From the NCBI GenBank assembly GCA_963726745.1, contig CAVSDR010000003.1, forward strand, positions 960,001 through 1,024,000: DNA of 64,000 nucleotides. Reading direction: 5' to 3'. Shown one piece after another: positions 41,373-51,863 of this stretch (the stretch's first letter is position 1; every line of letters begins with the position of its first letter). Position numbers and translations under genes: made by a program. This DNA comes from an uncultured Verrucomicrobiae bacterium (GTDB lineage Bacteria; Verrucomicrobiota; Verrucomicrobiia; Chthoniobacterales; UBA10450). The notes below the pieces were generated by a model, which was given only the letters and a program-made list of their open reading frames with translations, was not told where the DNA came from and made no database searches.

Positions 41373-41813
41373 ATGAACGCGCATTTTTGGCAGACCAACC
41401 AAACCCTCTTCGATCTCGCCTTGCTCCTCTTCCGGCTCGCCCTTGGGATTTGTTTCGTGGTCCACGGCCTGGGCAAACTCGGGGTGGTCGGGCCCGGGAG
41501 TATGAGCGGCTTCACCGGCTGGCTGCAGTCGCTCGGCTTCCCCATGCCGGCGCTGCAGGCACGGGTCGCGATGCTCTCGGAGTTAATCGGCGGTGCCTTT
41601 ATCGCGGCCGGTTTCCTGACCAGGTTGTCGGCTATTTTCGTTTGCGTGGCGATGGCGGTAGCGGCGGCCGTGGGGCACAAGGGCGGCGGCTATTTGATCA
41701 CCAATACGCCGCCCGGGAACGAGTATGCGCTCAATCTCGCGCTGCTCATGATCGTGCTTCTGCTCCTGGGGCCCGGGAGCCTCTCGCTCGATGCGCTCCT
41801 TTTCACTCGTTAG
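41373..41813 (+). CDS. DoxX-family membrane protein
   Basis: LLFRLALG...HGLGKL, ELIGG, GFLTR, EYAL, GPGSLSLD. Confidence 0.88.
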   Translation: MNAHFWQTNQTLFDLALLLFRLALGICFVVHGLGKLGVVGPGSMSGFTGWLQSLGFPMPALQARVAMLSELIGGAFIAAGFLTRLSAIFVCVAMAVAAAVGHKGGGYLITNTPPGNEYALNLALLMIVLLLLGPGSLSLDALLFTR

Positions 41814-41862
41814 GCGGCGCGGGTTTGCGTTCGCCGGTCGCCTTGCGTAGCAGTCCCTCGCT

Positions 41863-42594
41863 GTGAAAGCCTTTATCGCGCGCCAAGGAACCGAGCTGGG
41901 CGAGTTCACCCGCGAGCAGATCGAGCAGCTCACGCGCGTAGGCGAATTCCTCCCCGGCGACATGTACTGGGAGCAAGGAATGGAGGATTGGCAGCCGCTG
42001 GTGGAAGTGCTGGGTCCAAATTTTTGGGCGAAACCCGAGCCGCCGCTGAGCGTGCGGCAACGGCTCGCAATTGGCGGCGGGATTGCGCTTCTGGCGCTCG
42101 CGATTTTCGCGCTGGTGATTCGCTGGACGATCACGGATGCGCCGAGCACGCCGATCGCCACGCGGGCGGCGGCGCCGGTGACGCAGACCGCGCCGCTCGA
42201 CCAAGGCGCGGAGAAAGAGGTGCGCGCACAGGCGATCGACGCGCTTCGGCGGAAATTGCAGGCGCTCCCGAGCCAGGCGACGGCGCCGCTCTTCCTCGCT
42301 TATTACGATGTCGCGGTGGAGATGCGGCGCTCGCTGATGGCGAACACGCCCTACGAGGTGACGATCCACGGGAGCGAAAACAGCGTCGACCCCGCGACGC
42401 AGGAAACGACGCGGCGCACGACCTTCGACCTCCTGGCGGAGTACACCGCCGGCGAGTGGACCTTTCGACGCTACCTCGGCTCGGTGCAGAGCACCGATAA
42501 CTCGGACACGATCGTGATCGAGGCCGGGCCGGGATCAGATACGTTGCCGACAATAGTGACGCTGCTCGGGTTGAAAGTGCCGGCTAAACCCTGA
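41863..42594 (+). CDS. GYF_2 (DUF4339) domain membrane protein
   Basis: GEF...L...G...D-x2-WEQGMEDWQPL followed by a single TM. Confidence 0.72.
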   Translation: MKAFIARQGTELGEFTREQIEQLTRVGEFLPGDMYWEQGMEDWQPLVEVLGPNFWAKPEPPLSVRQRLAIGGGIALLALAIFALVIRWTITDAPSTPIATRAAAPVTQTAPLDQGAEKEVRAQAIDALRRKLQALPSQATAPLFLAYYDVAVEMRRSLMANTPYEVTIHGSENSVDPATQETTRRTTFDLLAEYTAGEWTFRRYLGSVQSTDNSDTIVIEAGPGSDTLPTIVTLLGLKVPAKP

Positions 42595-42607
42595 ACGCTT
42601 GGGAAAA

Positions 42608-45106
42608 TTACTCGGCCCGGAGGGCAGCGATGGGGTTCACGCGCGTGGCCCGGAGCGCGGGCACGAGGATGGCCGCCGCCGCGACCGCGGTGAGCAAGGC
42701 CGCGACCGAGCTGTAGATCACCGGGTCGAGGGTGTTCACCCGGAAAAGGAAATTCTGCATCGCCGCGCGGCCGATCACGCCGAGGAGCACCGCGGCCGCG
42801 CCCACGCCTAACGAGAGCCCGATGACGAGCTGCCAGGCGCCCTGTCGCATGACCAGCCGGAGGATCCGAGCCGCGTCCGCGCCCAGCGCCATGCGGATGC
42901 CAAACTCCTGTGTGCGCTGATTGACCGAGAAACTCATGACGCCATACAAGCCGACGGCAGAGAGCAAAACTGCGACCACGCCGAAAGCGGTGAAGAGCGT
43001 CGCGGTGATGCGATTGACGCCGAGAATTTCATCGTGCAAACGCGCCGGCGTGCCGCCGAAGTAGGTCGGCAAATTGGAATCGAGCTGGCTCACCGCCTGG
43101 GCCAGCGGCGTGGCCAAAGTCTCGGCACGCTGGCCGCGATGCGGGCGCACCATGAGGGTGGCAAATTGCGAAACCTGCTCGGTGCCGAGCAGCGGCATGT
43201 AGAAGCCGGCGCTGTCCGTCTGCTGGTTAAACGGCCCTTGCATGAGCATATCCGGAACGACCCCAACGATCGTGCGCCAGGGCTGCGGCGCGGCCGGATT
43301 GAAGACGCGAATGCGCCGTCCGAGCGGGCTGGCGTTGCCCCAATATTTTCGCGCGAAGGTGGCATTGACGATCGCCACCGGCTGGCTGGCGTCGCTGTCG
43401 GCCACGGTGAAATCGCGGCCTTCCAGAAGCTTCAAACCCACGGTCTCGAAGTAACCATCGGAGACGGACTCGAAATTGCCGCGCGGGCGGTCGCGTTCGG
43501 TCACGTAACTTTCGCCATCGACTTCGTATTGCGCGAAAGGGGCGAAGGTCATGCGGAAGCGATCCGTCATGGCCGCGGCTTCGAAGTTCGGATTGCCGCG
43601 GAGTTCGCGCAGAGCGCGCACGAAGAACTGCTGGCGCGCCTGGGCCGTGGGATAATCGCCTTCAAACAAGCCCATGCGCGCGGTGTAAAAGCTCGCTTCG
43701 TCGTAGCCGTAGTTCAGGTGGATCTGGTTGCGGACGGATTTGATCTGCAAGGTCGCGGCGATGAGGAGCGCGGCGGTGAGCGCGATCTGCGCGATCACCA
43801 GCGTGCGCGTGAGGACATTCACCAGCCGGCTGCTGTTGCCGCGGCCGCCTTCTTTCATGACCTCGGCCGGGCTGGCCCGGACCGCGAGGAGCGCGGGCAC
43901 CAGGCCGGAAACCACCGAAGCCACGAGCGTGATCGCGATCGTGAATAGCAGCACCGGTCCGTCGATGGTAAACGAAACCCAATAAGGCAATGGGAAGGGC
44001 AAGGCGTTCGTGGTGCGCACGAGCAAGCTCACGGCCCAATGCGCCAGGAGCACGCCCACCGCCGCGCCGAGCAGGGCCACGAGCAGGCTTTCGGTGAGCA
44101 TTTGCCGCACGATCCGCGCGCGCGTGGCCCCGAGCGCTCCGCGAATAGCCAGCTCTTTGGCACGCAGAGCGACGCGGCCAAACTGCATATTCATCACGTT
44201 CACGCATGCGATCAGGAGCACGACGATGACCGCGCCGAGCATCGCATAAACGGTCTGGCGAAGCTGCGGGCCGGTGAAGCTGTTAAGCAACGGCTGCACT
44301 TTCGCGGAGACGAGCTGGCCATTGGTCTTCGGATATTCCCGCGCCAGGCGGCGCGCGAGCTCGACAAATTCCAGGTTCACCTGGTCAAGGCTCACGCCGG
44401 GCTTGAGCCGGCCGATGATCGCCGGGCCGTTGTTTTGCGCGGTCGGATCCTCGCGCGGCTTTGCCGGGAACTCATTGAAGAGCGGCACCCAGAGCTGCTC
44501 CGCCACCGGGAAAGCAAAGCCTTTCGGCATCACGCCGACGACGGTGGCAGCCTTGCCATTAATCCGGATGGCCTGGCCGACGATCTGCGGATCGGCATTG
44601 AAATCTCGCTGCCAAATCTCGTGTCCCAGGATCGCGACCTTCTCTGCGCCCGGCTGGTTATCCGCCGCGGTAAAGTCGCGGCCGAGCACCGGCGAGACGC
44701 CGAGGATGCGGAAGAAATCCTCGGTGACGTAACCGCCGGTGTAGCGCGTGGGATTGTTCTTATAGGTGACGTTGACGGTCGAGCCATTGAGGTAGGCGAC
44801 CATCATGGAGAAAGATCGCTGCGCCTCGCGCAGGTCGAGGTAATCCTGCGCCGTGGGGATATTGCCGGCGCCGTTGTTGTTTTGATTGTCGGTCGCCTGC
44901 GGGTCGAGCAAGCCCACGCCCACGAGCTGCTCGGCCTGGGGAAAGGAGAAGCCGCGAAGCACGAAGGCGTTGACCACGGTGAACTGCGTGGTCACACCAC
45001 AGATGCCGAGCGCGAGCACGGTCACGGCGAGGAAACAGAAGGTCTTCTCTTTCGTGAGCACGCGCAGGCCGACGCGGAGATCCTGGAAGAAGGATTCGAA
45101 AAACAT
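42608..45106 (-). CDS. ABC transporter permease, duplicated MacB-PCD/FtsX (ADOP-like)
   Basis: QDLRVGLR, LLIACVNV, ELAIRGALGA, GLYGVMSFSVNQRTQEFGIRMALGA, PIAALRAE; start ATG 45106. Confidence 0.92.
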   Translation of the reverse strand: MFFESFFQDLRVGLRVLTKEKTFCFLAVTVLALGICGVTTQFTVVNAFVLRGFSFPQAEQLVGVGLLDPQATDNQNNNGAGNIPTAQDYLDLREAQRSFSMMVAYLNGSTVNVTYKNNPTRYTGGYVTEDFFRILGVSPVLGRDFTAADNQPGAEKVAILGHEIWQRDFNADPQIVGQAIRINGKAATVVGVMPKGFAFPVAEQLWVPLFNEFPAKPREDPTAQNNGPAIIGRLKPGVSLDQVNLEFVELARRLAREYPKTNGQLVSAKVQPLLNSFTGPQLRQTVYAMLGAVIVVLLIACVNVMNMQFGRVALRAKELAIRGALGATRARIVRQMLTESLLVALLGAAVGVLLAHWAVSLLVRTTNALPFPLPYWVSFTIDGPVLLFTIAITLVASVVSGLVPALLAVRASPAEVMKEGGRGNSSRLVNVLTRTLVIAQIALTAALLIAATLQIKSVRNQIHLNYGYDEASFYTARMGLFEGDYPTAQARQQFFVRALRELRGNPNFEAAAMTDRFRMTFAPFAQYEVDGESYVTERDRPRGNFESVSDGYFETVGLKLLEGRDFTVADSDASQPVAIVNATFARKYWGNASPLGRRIRVFNPAAPQPWRTIVGVVPDMLMQGPFNQQTDSAGFYMPLLGTEQVSQFATLMVRPHRGQRAETLATPLAQAVSQLDSNLPTYFGGTPARLHDEILGVNRITATLFTAFGVVAVLLSAVGLYGVMSFSVNQRTQEFGIRMALGADAARILRLVMRQGAWQLVIGLSLGVGAAAVLLGVIGRAAMQNFLFRVNTLDPVIYSSVAALLTAVAAAAILVPALRATRVNPIAALRAE

Positions 45107-45196
45107 AAGGGGAGGTCCTGGGGGGTTGGTTCGCGCCGGCGGGACCGGCACGACTCCGCGCGCGAAAGCGAGGCCGTGCCGTGGGGCTTTGCTGAT

Positions 45197-45430
45197 TTAG
45201 ACAGCAGGCTGGGCCGTCGGGGCAGCGGCGTGCTGGCTCACAATGGCTCCACGGGTGAGGTTGGTGGGCACCGTGAACGGCTGCTGCGCAATCTGCCAGA
45301 CAGCGAAGACCGCGCTCAGGATCAAGAGAGCGTAGGCCAGGGTCTCGGAGACGGTGCGCTCGCGCTCCTCGGAACGGAGGATCAAGGCGTAGGTGGATTC
45401 GAACTGCGGGATTTCGGGGTAGGTTTTCAT
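45197..45430 (-). CDS. Small single-TM hypothetical protein (77 aa)
   Basis: MKTYPEIPQFESTYALILRSEE...YALLILSAVFAVWQ; lies directly downstream of a sigma54 promoter. Confidence 0.65.
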   Translation of the reverse strand: MKTYPEIPQFESTYALILRSEERERTVSETLAYALLILSAVFAVWQIAQQPFTVPTNLTRGAIVSQHAAAPTAQPAV

Positions 45431-45460
45431 GGTGGTTTGGGGTTGTTGCCTGAATAGCTT

Positions 45461-45476
45461 TGCAAGGGCTGTGCCA
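45461..45476 (-). promoter_or_regulatory. Sigma54 (-24/-12) promoter
   Basis: Minus strand TGGCAC-AGCCC-TTGCA matches TGGCAC-N5-TTGCW exactly, 30 nt before ATG 45430. Confidence 0.85.
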
Positions 45477-45493
45477 CGCCGATCGCCGAGTCG

Positions 45494-45506
45494 TAAGCCG
45501 TTGATT
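45494..45506 (-). promoter_or_regulatory. IHF-type binding site upstream of the sigma54 promoter
   Basis: Minus strand AATCAA-CGGC-TTA matches WATCAA-N4-TTR. Confidence 0.65.
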
Positions 45507-45753
45507 CCAAGCGAGTTTGTGTCCGCGGCGGAAAACTCGCCGCCCGCCGCGCATATCGACTGTGGGACCGGCCTGTCCGCTTTCGGGACGCGGCGGTTGA
45601 TCTTGTCGGCTATTTCCAGCGAGGGGTTCATCAGCTTCCCCAATGCGATGCCCGCCGGCCTGCTTTCGGATTCAATTTTTCGCCGTCGCCTCGTAGGGCG
45701 GCGAAATTTTCCTGTTCCCTCGCGGGGAACTCTGTCATCGTGAACTCTTAATC

Positions 45754-46209
45754 ATGCAGATGTTCTCACCCAATCGGAGACCGGAACCGGCGACTCCGAC
45801 TCACCCCGAGCCGACCGCTCCTCTCGCCACGATGACTCCCACCTCTCCGCTTCCGTCTGCCCGTCCGTCCCGCGGCGGCGTCCTCTCGGCCGGTGTTTCG
45901 ATCAATGGTTCGCTCACCTTCGGCGAAGAACTGGTGATCGATTGCCAACTAGAAGGTTCGATCACTTCTGCCGGAAAACTCACGATCGAAAAGAACGCGC
46001 ACATCACGGGCGAGATTCGCGCCGGCTCCGTTACCGTCCTCGGGACGGTCGATGGCAATGTGACCGCGGGGGAACGTTGCGAGCTGCGCGCTGGTTGCAC
46101 CCTCCGGGGCGACATCGAGGCACCACGACTCGTGGTCGATGACGACGCGACCTTCGTGGGCAGCGCGAAGATTACCAAGCGCGCTCAGCCCGCCTCCGCG
46201 GCGGCTTAA
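45754..46209 (+). CDS. Bactofilin (polymer-forming cytoskeletal protein)
   Basis: Pro-rich N-tail, then beta-helix repeats INGSLTF, LEGSI, ITGEI, VDGNV, LRGDI, FVG. Confidence 0.88.
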   Translation: MQMFSPNRRPEPATPTHPEPTAPLATMTPTSPLPSARPSRGGVLSAGVSINGSLTFGEELVIDCQLEGSITSAGKLTIEKNAHITGEIRAGSVTVLGTVDGNVTAGERCELRAGCTLRGDIEAPRLVVDDDATFVGSAKITKRAQPASAAA

Positions 46210-46242
46210 GTTTCCCTCGCGACGGCCGCCGGCCGCTCCGCG

Positions 46243-46794
46243 CTAGGAGGTGAACTTCGCGTAGACCGCCAGCACCGGGTAGTAGCAACGGTTCTTGCTG
46301 CGGTAATCGCTCACGAAGCCGTTCTTCGTGCGCAACTCCACATGCCCGGCGCCGTTGCTTCCGCGGCCGTAGACGATGACCGCGCCCAGCGGTGCCTCAT
46401 ACGGGTCGCGGGTGGCGAGTTTCTTGAAGCCGTGATTGCGCACCAACTCCTCGCCCGCCTGGCAGGCAAAGTTGGTCTTCGGATAGGAAGTGACCGCGCC
46501 TGCGGCGAGCAGAGCTTCTTTCACGTAGCGCCAGCAACGGGCCTGCGTATGCGCATTCGCCCGCTCCTCGGCGATGCTCACGGCGCGAAAAAGGCGTCGA
46601 TCAAAGCGCGCATCGAGGCGGGCTTCGGGATGTATCACGCCATAATAACGGCGAATGACCTGCACCGAAGTGATCCGGCCTCCGCGGCCGACATAGTAGA
46701 AACGCTTACTCGATTTCGTCAGCCCAGCCGCATGCAGCGGCATCGGGAAGAGACACACGAGACCTAAAAAAAAGAAAGCGACCAGTCGAGGCAC
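46243..46794 (-). CDS. Secreted protein, possible NlpC/P60- or CHAP-like Cys-His amidase
   Basis: Signal peptide; RCWRYVKEAL and GAVIVY...GHVE. Confidence 0.6.
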   Translation of the reverse strand: MPRLVAFFFLGLVCLFPMPLHAAGLTKSSKRFYYVGRGGRITSVQVIRRYYGVIHPEARLDARFDRRLFRAVSIAEERANAHTQARCWRYVKEALLAAGAVTSYPKTNFACQAGEELVRNHGFKKLATRDPYEAPLGAVIVYGRGSNGAGHVELRTKNGFVSDYRSKNRCYYPVLAVYAKFTS

Positions 46795-46902
46795 GCGCCT
46801 GTGTAGTGCAAGGCTTGTGCCATGTCACTTGGAATTTCTCGCAATCTCATTTCGCTGGCTAAATCCTGGTAGCCAGCGCCTTTGCTCCGCCGAGAGTCTC
46901 CC

Positions 46903-47362
46903 ATGTTTGCGCCTGACGATCTGCGCGCCGCGGAGGAATTCATGCACCGCCAGATTCCGCTTACCCGCGCGATGGGTCTCCGTCTCGTCGCTGCCGGGCC
47001 CGAAGGCTTCGCCGTGGAAGCGCCGGTGGCTTCCAATTCGAACCATCTCGGCACCGCTTTTGGCGGTAGCATCAACGCGGTGGCGACACTCGCGGCCTAC
47101 GGATTTCTTTGGCTCGTGCTTCGGGATTCCGCGGTGGAGATCGTAATCGCCGAAAGCTCCATTCGCTTTCTCGCGCCGGTGCGGGAGATGATTCACGCGC
47201 GCTGCCAGGCGCCCACAGCCGACACTTTGGCGAGCTTTCCGCAAGGCGCTGGCGTCTGAGGGGCGCGCGCGTCTTCCGCTGCAGGTGCGGGTGGACGAGG
47301 GGGCGACGCACGCGGCCGATTTCCGCGGAACCTTCGTGGCCGTTGGCAAAAGCACAGCCTGA
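46903..47362 (+). CDS. YiiD C-terminal-like hotdog thioesterase (apparent +1 frameshift near 47238)
   Basis: IPLTRAMG, NSNHLGTAFGGS, IRFLAPV; continues in the next frame as ...GRARLPLQV...FRGTFVAV. Confidence 0.8.
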
Positions 47363-47433
47363 GCGCCGGGCACGCGCGTAACTTTTGGCTGGCCCTTTCG
47401 CTCGCGCCGCTTCGCGCCGAAATTGCCGACGCC

Positions 47434-47844
47434 ATGGAACCGCTTCGCTCGATCAAACTTCGCTGGCTGCAGAGCGCGCTCGGCGACGTCTCCTACCGCG
47501 TCACCACGATGCATTTTCTCCCATCCGGCCCACCGACCTGGCAGCCGGCGATCAATGCTTACCGCTGCGCCGATTGCCTGCGCATCTGCGTCGAGCTTGC
47601 CGGGGTCGATAAGTCGTTAATCGATCTGTCTGTGGAGCCGGAACGGCTGGTTCTCCGTGGAACCCGCGAAGTGCCGGAACCGAGCGGTGCTCAGGGCCGC
47701 GCGCTCCAGACGATCGCGATGGAAATCGATTACGGGCCCTTCGAGCGCGAAATTCGTTTCCCCGCTGAGGTCAATGTCGCCGAAGTCACCGCCGAGCAAC
47801 GCGAAGGCCTGCTCTGGATCATTCTGCCGCTAAAAAAATCGTGA
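47434..47844 (+). CDS. Hsp20/alpha-crystallin family protein
   Basis: WQPAINAY, VELAGV, MEIDYGPFER, EGLLWIILP. Confidence 0.88.
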   Translation: MEPLRSIKLRWLQSALGDVSYRVTTMHFLPSGPPTWQPAINAYRCADCLRICVELAGVDKSLIDLSVEPERLVLRGTREVPEPSGAQGRALQTIAMEIDYGPFEREIRFPAEVNVAEVTAEQREGLLWIILPLKKS

Positions 47845-50266
47845 GCGACGAGACCCAGAGCGCCCTGCAATCCGATCTTCAGCGCGACCGCCGCGGAGGT
47901 TCCGCCTAACGACTCCAAGACGGTCGCTGAAAGTGTCGGCAAAATCCCGGAAACGCTCGCGATCTTGCCGGTGCGCGGCTTTGTCCTTTTTCCTGGAACG
48001 ATTGCGCCGCTGCAAGTTCGTCGCGCGGCCTCGATCCAGCTCCTCGACGAAACCCTGCCGCAAAGCAAAATCGTCGGCCTCATCACGCAGCGCGACGAAA
48101 ACATCGAAGAGCCGCAGCCGCACGACCTTTACGAAATCGGCACCGCCGTCCTGGTCATGAAACTTCTGCGGCAGGCCGATGACCACTTGGTCGTGGTGGT
48201 GCAAGGTTTGCGCCGTTTCAAGCTGCGCAAAATTATCGGCACCTCGCCATTTTTGCGCGCCGAGATCGACTTGCTCGAGTCCCGGCCCGCGCCCACCGGC
48301 CCGGAATGGCAGGCCGCTTTCCGCAACCTGCGCGATTCTGCCGCGCAATGGCTCGAGCTCACGCCCGATGTCCCGAGCGAAGCCGCCGCCGCCGTTCGCG
48401 GGATCGAGGAGGCCGAGCAATTAGTCGATTTTCTCGCGCCGAACCTCCAGATCGACACCGCGCAAAAACAGGCCTTGCTGGAGGAACTGGATCTCGAGAA
48501 ACGCCTGCGCGCGGTCCAGACCGGCATCTCCTCGCAGCTCGAGATCGCGCAGATCCAGCAGAAGCTGCAAAAGGATGTGCAGTCGCAATTCTCCGATGCG
48601 CAGCGGCGCGCGTATCTGCGCGAGCAGGTCAAAGCGATCCAGCGCGAGCTCGGCGAAGGCGATGCCGGAACGGACGAGCAAATGGCGCAATTGCGCACGC
48701 GCCTGGAGAACGCGCAGCCACCGGCCGAGGTTATGGCGCAGGCCGAGCGCGAGCTGAAACGGCTCGAATTCATCCCGCCGGCGAGCCCGGAATATTCTGT
48801 GATCGTCGGTTATGTGGAGACGATCGCCGATCTCCCCTGGACGAAGTTGAGCGAGGACAACCTTGACCTCGACAAGGCGCAGGAAATTCTCGATCGCGAT
48901 CACTACGACCTCGAGAAAGTAAAGCGCCGGCTGGTGGAATTCCTGGCGGTGCGCAAACTCAACCCGAAAGGCCAGGGCCCGATTCTCTGCCTGTTAGGGC
49001 CGCCCGGAGTCGGCAAGACCAGCCTTGGGCAATCGATCGCCGATGCGCTCGGGCGAAAGTTTGTCCGCATCAGCCTCGGCGGGATGCGCGACGAAGCGGA
49101 AATCCGCGGGCATCGCCGCACTTACATCGGCTCCATGCCCGGCCGTATCATCCAGGAGCTCCGCCGCACCGGCACGCGCAACCCGGTGATGATGCTGGAT
49201 GAGATCGACAAAATCGGCGCCGACTTCCGGGGCGACCCCGCGAGTGGTTTGCTCGAGGTGCTCGATCCGCGGCAGAACTTTGCCTTTGTCGATCGCTACC
49301 TCGACGTCCCGTTCGACCTCTCGCAAATCATCTTCATCGCGACCGCGAATTACGTCGACGGCATTCCCGCGCCCCTGCGCGACCGCATGGAAGTGATTTC
49401 GCTCGCGGGCTACACCGAGCGCGAGAAGCTCGAGATCGCGCGGCGTTACATCGTCCGCCGGCAGCTCGAGGAAAATGGTCTTCAGCCCGGAGCAAATCGA
49501 GTGGGAGGAGAGCGCGCTGCGGCTGATCATTAATGACTACACGCGCGAAGCTGGCGTGCGCGAACTCGAGCGGCAGATCGGCGCCGTCAGCCGCAGCGTG
49601 GCCGCGCGGGTCGCTCGCGGCGAGACCGCGCACGTGAAAATAGACGACGCTTTGGTGCGCGAGTTTCTCGGCGCGGAGCTCTATGTGCGCGAGAGCCGGC
49701 TCAAGGCGAGCGCGCCCGGCGTGGTCACTGGATTAGCCTACACGCCGGTGGGCGGCGAAGTCTTGCACATCGAGGCCACGCGTTATCCCGGAAAAGGCAA
49801 CATCACCCTCACCGGCCAGATCGGCGACGTGATGAAGGAAAGCGTGCAGGCTGCGCTCAGTCTGGTGCGCAGCCGCGACGGCGCGATCGGCGCGCACGCG
49901 GACGACTTTCGCGAGAACGACATCCACGTGCACGTCCCAGCGGGCGCGGTCCCGAAGGATGGGCCGTCCGCCGGCGTGGCCATGTTCACCGCGCTCGCTT
50001 CGCTCTTCAGCAATCGCAAGGTGCGCGCCGATGTCGCCATGACCGGCGAGGTTACGCTCCGCGGTTTGGTTTTGCCGATCGGTGGCTTGAAGGAAAAAAG
50101 CCTCGCCGCGATGCGCGCCGGGATCACCACGGTGATCTTTCCGAAGCTAAACGAGAAAGACCTGGCCGACGTCCCCGCGGAAGCGAAGGAGAAGATCAAA
50201 TTCATCCCGGTGGAAAACGTCGATGAAGTTTTAGCCAGCGCTTTGGAACCGGAGGAAGCGAAGTGA
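47841..50266 (+). CDS. lon: ATP-dependent protease La (apparent +1 frameshifts near 47872 and 49487)
   Basis: GPPGVGKTS, RGHRRTYIG, LDEIDK, PKDGPSAG (catalytic Ser), GGLKEK (catalytic Lys). Confidence 0.96.
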
Positions 50267-50776
50267 GCCGCGCCTTCGTGCGCGAGGACGATCGTCCCGA
50301 GCCGCCGCTGGCCCGGCCAGCCTCGGCCTTGCCGGAAGGCGCGAAGAATTACATCACCGCCGATGGCCTCGCGCGGCTGCGGGAGGAACTGCGGAAGCTG
50401 GTCGAAGAAGAACGCCCGCCGCTCCTGGCCGCGACCGATGATCCGGACTCAAAGCGTCGGCTCCTTTCTCTCGAGCAACGCCGGCAAAGTCTGGAGGAAA
50501 GCCTGCTCTCCGCCGAAGTGCCGGAGCCGCGCGGCCGATCCCGAGGTGGTCCGCTTCGGCGCGAGCGTGCGCGTGCGCCGCGCCGATGGCGAGGAGGATG
50601 ACTACCGCATCGTCGGCGTGGATGAGATCGATCTCGACCGGAGCTGGGTCAGCTGGCTGTCGCCGATCGCGCGCGCGCTCCTGAACGCCCGGCGCGGCCA
50701 GCGGGTGCGCTTTCGTTTTCCCTCCGGCGAAGAGGAACTCGAGATCGTCGAAATTTCCTACGACGCTCCGCGGTGA
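50263..50776 (+). CDS. GreA/GreB-family factor (apparent +1 frameshift near 50530)
   Basis: MSRAFVRE, NYITADG, VRFGASV, YRIVGVDE, SWLSPIARALL. Confidence 0.82.
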
Positions 50777-50807
50777 AGCTGCGGCGCGCGTGTGTTAGGT
50801 TCGCGCG

Positions 50808-51605
50808 ATGTCCGACCAGTCCGCCAAGCTCACCATCGCCGGCCGCGAGTTCACTTCGCGCCTCCTGCTCGGCACGGGCAAGTTCGCTTCGAACGAGTCG
50901 ATGCGCGACGCCCTCGCGGCCAGCGGCACCGAGATCGTGACCGTGGCCTTGCGCCGCGCCGATCTTTCCGGAAAGGCCGACCCGTTCGCGAACATCCTCG
51001 AGTTCATCGATCCGCAACGTTACCTGCTCCTGCCGAACACCAGCGGCGCGCGCAACGCCGCCGAAGCCGTGCGCCTGGCGCGGCTCGCCGTTACCGCCGG
51101 CTTGCCGAATTGGGTGAAGCTCGAGATTCATCCCGACCCGCGCTATCTCCTGCCCGACGGCGTCGAGACGCTCGCGGCCGCGGAGATTCTCGTGAAGGAA
51201 GGCTTCGTCGTCCTGCCTTACATCAACGCCGACCCGGTGCTGGCAAAGAGACTGCAAGATGTGGGCACGGCCACGGTCATGCCGCTCGGTTCGCCCATCG
51301 GGAGCAACCGCGGCATCGAGACGCGCGCGCAGATCGAGATCATCATCGAGCAGGCGACCGTGCCCGTGGTGGTCGATGCCGGCCTGGGCGCGCCCAGCCA
51401 GGCAGCCGAGGCGATGGAGATGGGGGCCGATGCCGTGCTCGTGAACACCGCGATCGCGATCGCCTCCGATCCGAGCCGAATGGCGCAGGCTTTCCGCAAA
51501 GCGGTCGAAGCCGGGCGCGACGCGCGCGAGATCGGTCTCGCGGAAGCGCGGCAAACCGCGAGCGCGACCAGCCCGCTCACCGGCTTCTTCTCGGAGAAGG
51601 ATTAA
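50808..51605 (+). CDS. thiG: Thiazole synthase
   Basis: [42 protein letters not shown]. Confidence 0.97.
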   Translation: MSDQSAKLTIAGREFTSRLLLGTGKFASNESMRDALAASGTEIVTVALRRADLSGKADPFANILEFIDPQRYLLLPNTSGARNAAEAVRLARLAVTAGLPNWVKLEIHPDPRYLLPDGVETLAAAEILVKEGFVVLPYINADPVLAKRLQDVGTATVMPLGSPIGSNRGIETRAQIEIIIEQATVPVVVDAGLGAPSQAAEAMEMGADAVLVNTAIAIASDPSRMAQAFRKAVEAGRDAREIGLAEARQTASATSPLTGFFSEKD

Positions 51606-51617
51606 GCGCGCCCTCGC

Positions 51618-51863
51618 CTAACGAATCCCCGGCGTCGGCCCGCTCTGCCAGCGCGCGTAGGTGTCGTTGTAAAATTGAAACTGCCGGCCGCCCAGCCGGC
51701 GCACGGTGCTCCAGCCGTTGCGCGTGGCAAAGTCCTGCAGCTCGGCCGCGGTCAGTTGTTGCAGGATCAGGAGCTCGCTCGGGTGCGTGATGAAACACTC
51801 CGGCCGCCCGGCGAGGGCGCTGGCTATTTTTGTTTCGATCGCGGATAGCTCGTCAGAGATCAT
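51618..51863 (-). CDS. Small hypothetical protein (81 aa)
   Basis: Strong SD GAGGAGG just before ATG 51863; GC3-rich codons. Confidence 0.65.
   Translation of the reverse strand: MISDELSAIETKIASALAGRPECFITHPSELLILQQLTAAELQDFATRNGWSTVRRLGGRQFQFYNDTYARWQSGPTPGIR

Noticed and set aside
45674..45710. Hairpin TTTCGCCGTC...GGCGGCGAAA as an intrinsic terminator
   Set aside because: It lies between divergently transcribed genes with no gene ending nearby, so its function cannot be supported.
50776..50808. TPP riboswitch upstream of thiG
   Set aside because: The gap is only about 30 bp and has no CTGAGA-type TPP aptamer core.
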